Of a stretch of 64,000 bases of DNA, positions 61,201 through 64,000 are shown piece by piece. The notes beneath the pieces were generated by a model that worked only from the letters and a program-made list of their open reading frames with translations, searched no databases and was not told the origin of the DNA. How positions within the stretch are numbered: position 1 is the stretch's first letter; the number at the start of each line of letters is the position of its first letter. The translations under genes and the position numbers were made by a program. Source of the DNA: Raja brachyura (Eukaryota). The DNA lies in NCBI GenBank assembly GCA_963514005.1, contig OY740799.1, positions 18,042,001-18,106,000 on the forward strand. The letters are read 5' to 3'.

Positions 61201-62503
61201 ACCTTTAAGCTCCAGTTATTAGGGTGGGATGTGGACAAAGGTGTTGTGTTCCCAGAAAGGAAGTGGCTCTTTTTCCACTGGCATAACAGAAGGTGGATCC
61301 CTTGTAGTGAGTGATGCTTGAGTGACTCAGCAGGTCAGGCAGTATCTCTGGAGAGAAGGAATGGGTGACGTTTCGAGTCAAGACCCTTCTTCAGACTCTG
61401 TATCAAAGCTTTTCAGTGATCCTATGGTTTCTATGAATGCATGGTATCAGGATATCAGAAAAAGGACATGACAGAGTGGAAGGATAGATTCTAAAAAGAG
61501 GAAACCAGACAAAAAATCTTTTGGGAAAACAAAGAAAATTAAGGACAAGAAAACGGCAGGTCATTTTTTTTAAGCTGTCTCTGACTCCATACCATTTGTA
61601 CAGATTTAAAGTGGCAGCTGTTTAATCCCCAATCCCTGGCAAAGTCCTCAATACTAATCCCTGGGCATTTACCTTTTGATACACTGCTGGAGCTTCATTC
61701 ACAACCCTCTTATCATTTCTGTTGCAATTACAGGTAGCATAATGACCAGAAGAGAAAAATAAAAATGTTAAAGACGATTAAGAAACTGATCAGGTGCGAA
61801 TATTAAATAAAATGTGAACATCAAAAGTAAAATTAAACTAAGTCAGCAATTCAAAAAAAATTAGGCATTGGAAGATTCCAGGAAATGACAATCATGTCGC
61901 ACAAGTGTAATAAATATAAATTAATTATTCTTCATATACATGTATAAGACCAGTGTCTCATGTCGAAGTCAATTTTTTTGGTGGTGGAAGAATTTTTAAA
62001 AAGTGGTTCCTAAGGGGAAAAAACAAAATAACACGGTCATTGACCATTTCTCTAACCTCTTCAGTTGGTATCCCTATGTTACTTAAAGGAGTGGCTCGCA
62101 AAGTAGGAGTAGCTTATGTATAAGAATGTAATCTAGATGCAATTTTTGATGGTGTCCTAGACTACTTAATAAATTAGTGTCCAGTGGGCCAAATGGCTGA
62201 ATTTTAGGATGCTAGACGTTATTTTGAAAAAAATTGTAATGAATAACTTGTATAATAATGATAATAGTAGGCAAAGGCAGAATTAGCATAGAAAGCAGAT
62301 TTGTTTTACTAATTTACTGCGAAGGCAGATAAATAATATACCTGAATTGAATCCGAGATGGGTACTGCTTGTGTTTCTTTGATGTCCAGTTTAACATCTT
62401 TTGCTGTACTGATTCGTTCCAAAGCCTGTTCTCTTCTTTTCTCCCTCTTCTCCATCTTTGCAAATGCTTGCATGATAGCTTCCATTTTTCGTTCTTCTCT
62501 TGT
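44465..62503 (-). CDS. KMT2E: Inactive histone-lysine N-methyltransferase 2E (MLL5), C-terminal 12 coding exons; PHD/SET exons outside the window
   Basis: Motifs [83 protein letters not shown], Pro/His-rich end FHSSGWH*; all phases consistent. Confidence 0.96.
46370..46470 (-). CDS. KMT2E: KMT2E exon (E)[33 protein letters not shown]
   Basis: ccacag acceptor, gtaaac donor, phase 1/0. Confidence 0.85.
47853..47996 (-). CDS. KMT2E: KMT2E exon (G)[47 protein letters not shown]
   Basis: ctgtag acceptor, gtcagt donor, phase 1/1. Confidence 0.75.
49610..51000. mobile_element. Cluster of degraded CR1 fragments in both orientations
   Basis: [11 protein letters not shown] on -; ggagtattgtatgcagttctgg on +. 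Confidence 0.55.
51207..51295 (-). CDS. KMT2E: KMT2E exon (W)[29 protein letters not shown]
   Basis: ttacag acceptor, gtaagt donor, phase 2/1. Confidence 0.92.
51834..52138 (-). CDS. KMT2E: KMT2E exon [19 protein letters not shown]...KKIDDADVR(W)
   Basis: ttctag acceptor, gtatgt donor, phase 0/2. Confidence 0.92.
52654..53217 (-). CDS. KMT2E: KMT2E exon ISDKVSS...[20 protein letters not shown]...PQNPPQKKK
   Basis: ttgcag acceptor, gtaagt donor; 188 codons. Confidence 0.93.
53779..53835 (-). CDS. KMT2E: KMT2E exon [19 protein letters not shown]
   Basis: aag acceptor, gtaagt donor; 57 nt. Confidence 0.9.
54122..55250 (-). mobile_element. CR1 LINE 3' portion
   Basis: [32 protein letters not shown]; [15 protein letters not shown]. 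Confidence 0.85.
55727..55980 (-). CDS. KMT2E: KMT2E exon (E)[10 protein letters not shown]...[19 protein letters not shown]
   Basis: ttgcag acceptor, gtaagt donor, phase 1/0. Confidence 0.92.
56145..56326 (-). mobile_element. tRNA-derived V-SINE 5' part (HE1-like)
   Basis: On -: A-box-like GGCGCAACGGTAG, B-box-like GGTTCGTTTC, then gagtttgtacgttctccccgtgacctgcgtgggttttctcc. Confidence 0.8.
58376..58526 (-). CDS. KMT2E: KMT2E exon [12 protein letters not shown]...GNCCLT
   Basis: gtaaag acceptor, gtattg donor, phase 0/1. Confidence 0.9.
58839..59084 (-). CDS. KMT2E: KMT2E exon [10 protein letters not shown]...[21 protein letters not shown]...GSCKK
   Basis: tttcag acceptor, gtaaag donor; 82 codons. 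Confidence 0.95.
59553..59948 (-). CDS. KMT2E: KMT2E exon [11 protein letters not shown]...[21 protein letters not shown]...KYPKTKK
   Basis: cttaag acceptor, gtttgt donor; 132 codons. Confidence 0.93.
60170..60380. mobile_element. Inverted pair of Penelope pLTR ends
   Basis: gtgctggagtaactc ... gagttactccaacac inverted arms. Confidence 0.55.
61312..61400 (-). mobile_element. Penelope pLTR end with an intact hammerhead-like core
   Basis: On -: agt CTGAAGA agggtcttgactc GAAAC GTC accc. Confidence 0.65.
62342..62503 (-). CDS. KMT2E: KMT2E exon [35 protein letters not shown]...DSIQ
   Basis: caacag acceptor, gtatat donor; 54 codons. Confidence 0.94.
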
Positions 62504-64000
62504 CTGTTGAAATAGGATGAAATTAAAAGACGTGAGCCAAATATATACAGATACCAAACTATTATTATATTGGATCCACATTTTCTTAGTTTGTGACCAA
62601 TAATGTTTTAAGACCACAATTTAAGAGACATTATCTTCAGTTGCATAAACATAAATTCATATTAAAGTGGATAAAGAAGCAACACATTGTATTTTTCATT
62701 GAGATGGGCTTTACATTATAACGGGAAACCAAACAAATGGATAAATCTTATGTTCCAGTTATATGTAGCCATCAGTTCTATCTTTATGTCATAAACTCTT
62801 TAGAATAAATGTCAGCTTTTCCATTCTTTCTGAAATTGCTTTCTCTTATATATATAGACAAATCACCACCACAGATCTAGCTAATAATGTTATATTTAAA
62901 AATAACCTATACACAATGTGGCCCCGATGCTTCCAGGAAGTATGGGAAGTCAGAGGTGATAATAGAAGGCAAAGGATCTGCTGAGCTTGAGATCTGGAGG
63001 ACCTCATAATACTATTTTTGACTTCTGCCCCAAATTCATCAACAAGTTGTGGAAGTAGAGACAATGAATAATTTCAAAGATAAATGGATTGGCACTGACG
63101 GGAAAATAAATGTATAGGATTATGGGGATAGCAGAATGGAACTGACTGCAGCTACACACAGAAATTGCTTGGATTTGATGAGCTAAATGGACACTTCTAT
63201 GCAATATCGACTTTGCATTTTAATACATTAGAACTGATTGAGAATAAAATTGACAGACACCTTGGCAAAATGCATTTCACTGGAAAAACTTTGTTTCCAG
63301 TCTAGTCAACTGAACAAAGTCCTCATTAACATTGTAGGGCCTTTTGAATAAATGAAAGGGCTGTCCCACTGATATTTCAAGGAACACCTATACAGTCAAT
63401 GCCAACATCTCAGATGGCTCCATCCCAATTCCTGGATACATCCTGTCCAACCGGCAAGACCCATTCACCACAGGTGATGAGACTGCTGATATAATTGGGA
63501 AGGAGCAGCCACGGGAATTCCCAATATTGCCTCTGGTTTTCATGAAGTCTCACGGCATCAAATCAAACACTACCAAGGAAATTCCCTGGCTGCTATCTAC
63601 TGTCGTCACAGATGATGAACCATGCTGAACAACACTTGGAGGCAGTAGCAAACTCTGTATGGGGGCTTTCAAGTATTTCACCAAGAGTGGCTTGGTAACA
63701 CATGCAGCCCAAATGTTAAAGGGCAAAGCTATTCAAAGTGTGTGAACCATCAAAATATACAAACCTCCTTGACCTTGCCCCCACCAATGTATCAGCTGCA
63801 ATTACATCTGCCTATGATAGCACTGACATTACTGGGATTACCTTGAGAGATGAAGCCCTTTCTACAAATGAGGTCATCATCAGGCTGTATGACACTACCA
63901 CTATGCTAAACGGAGTAAGCTTCGTATAAATGAGGTAGGTCAAAACCGAGCTATCATGTGGAATTGTGTAGTGTATATAGTTGCAAAACTATCCACAATC

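Overview
Eukaryotic (vertebrate) genomic DNA, most likely from a cartilaginous fish (skate/ray-like repeat content: V-SINEs, CR1, Penelope and Rex1-like elements; the taxon is inferred). It holds the 3' halves of two convergent intron-containing genes: SRPK2 on the + strand (exons 1426-36024) and KMT2E/MLL5 on the - strand (exons 62503-44465). Exon frames and phases were checked by hand and join without stops. The main finding is a pair of tandem homologous 93-nt SRPK2 exons (26490-26582 and 27158-27250) that look mutually exclusive: one encodes the SRPK2/3-type docking-groove helix, the other the SRPK1-type. Also present are a U12 minor-spliceosome intron in SRPK2, a three-level LINE/hAT/L1 nest with intact target-site duplications, Penelope-associated hammerhead cores, a possible permuted hammerhead in a HERO-like retroelement, an IR/DR Tc1 transposon and a non-autonomous Helitron.
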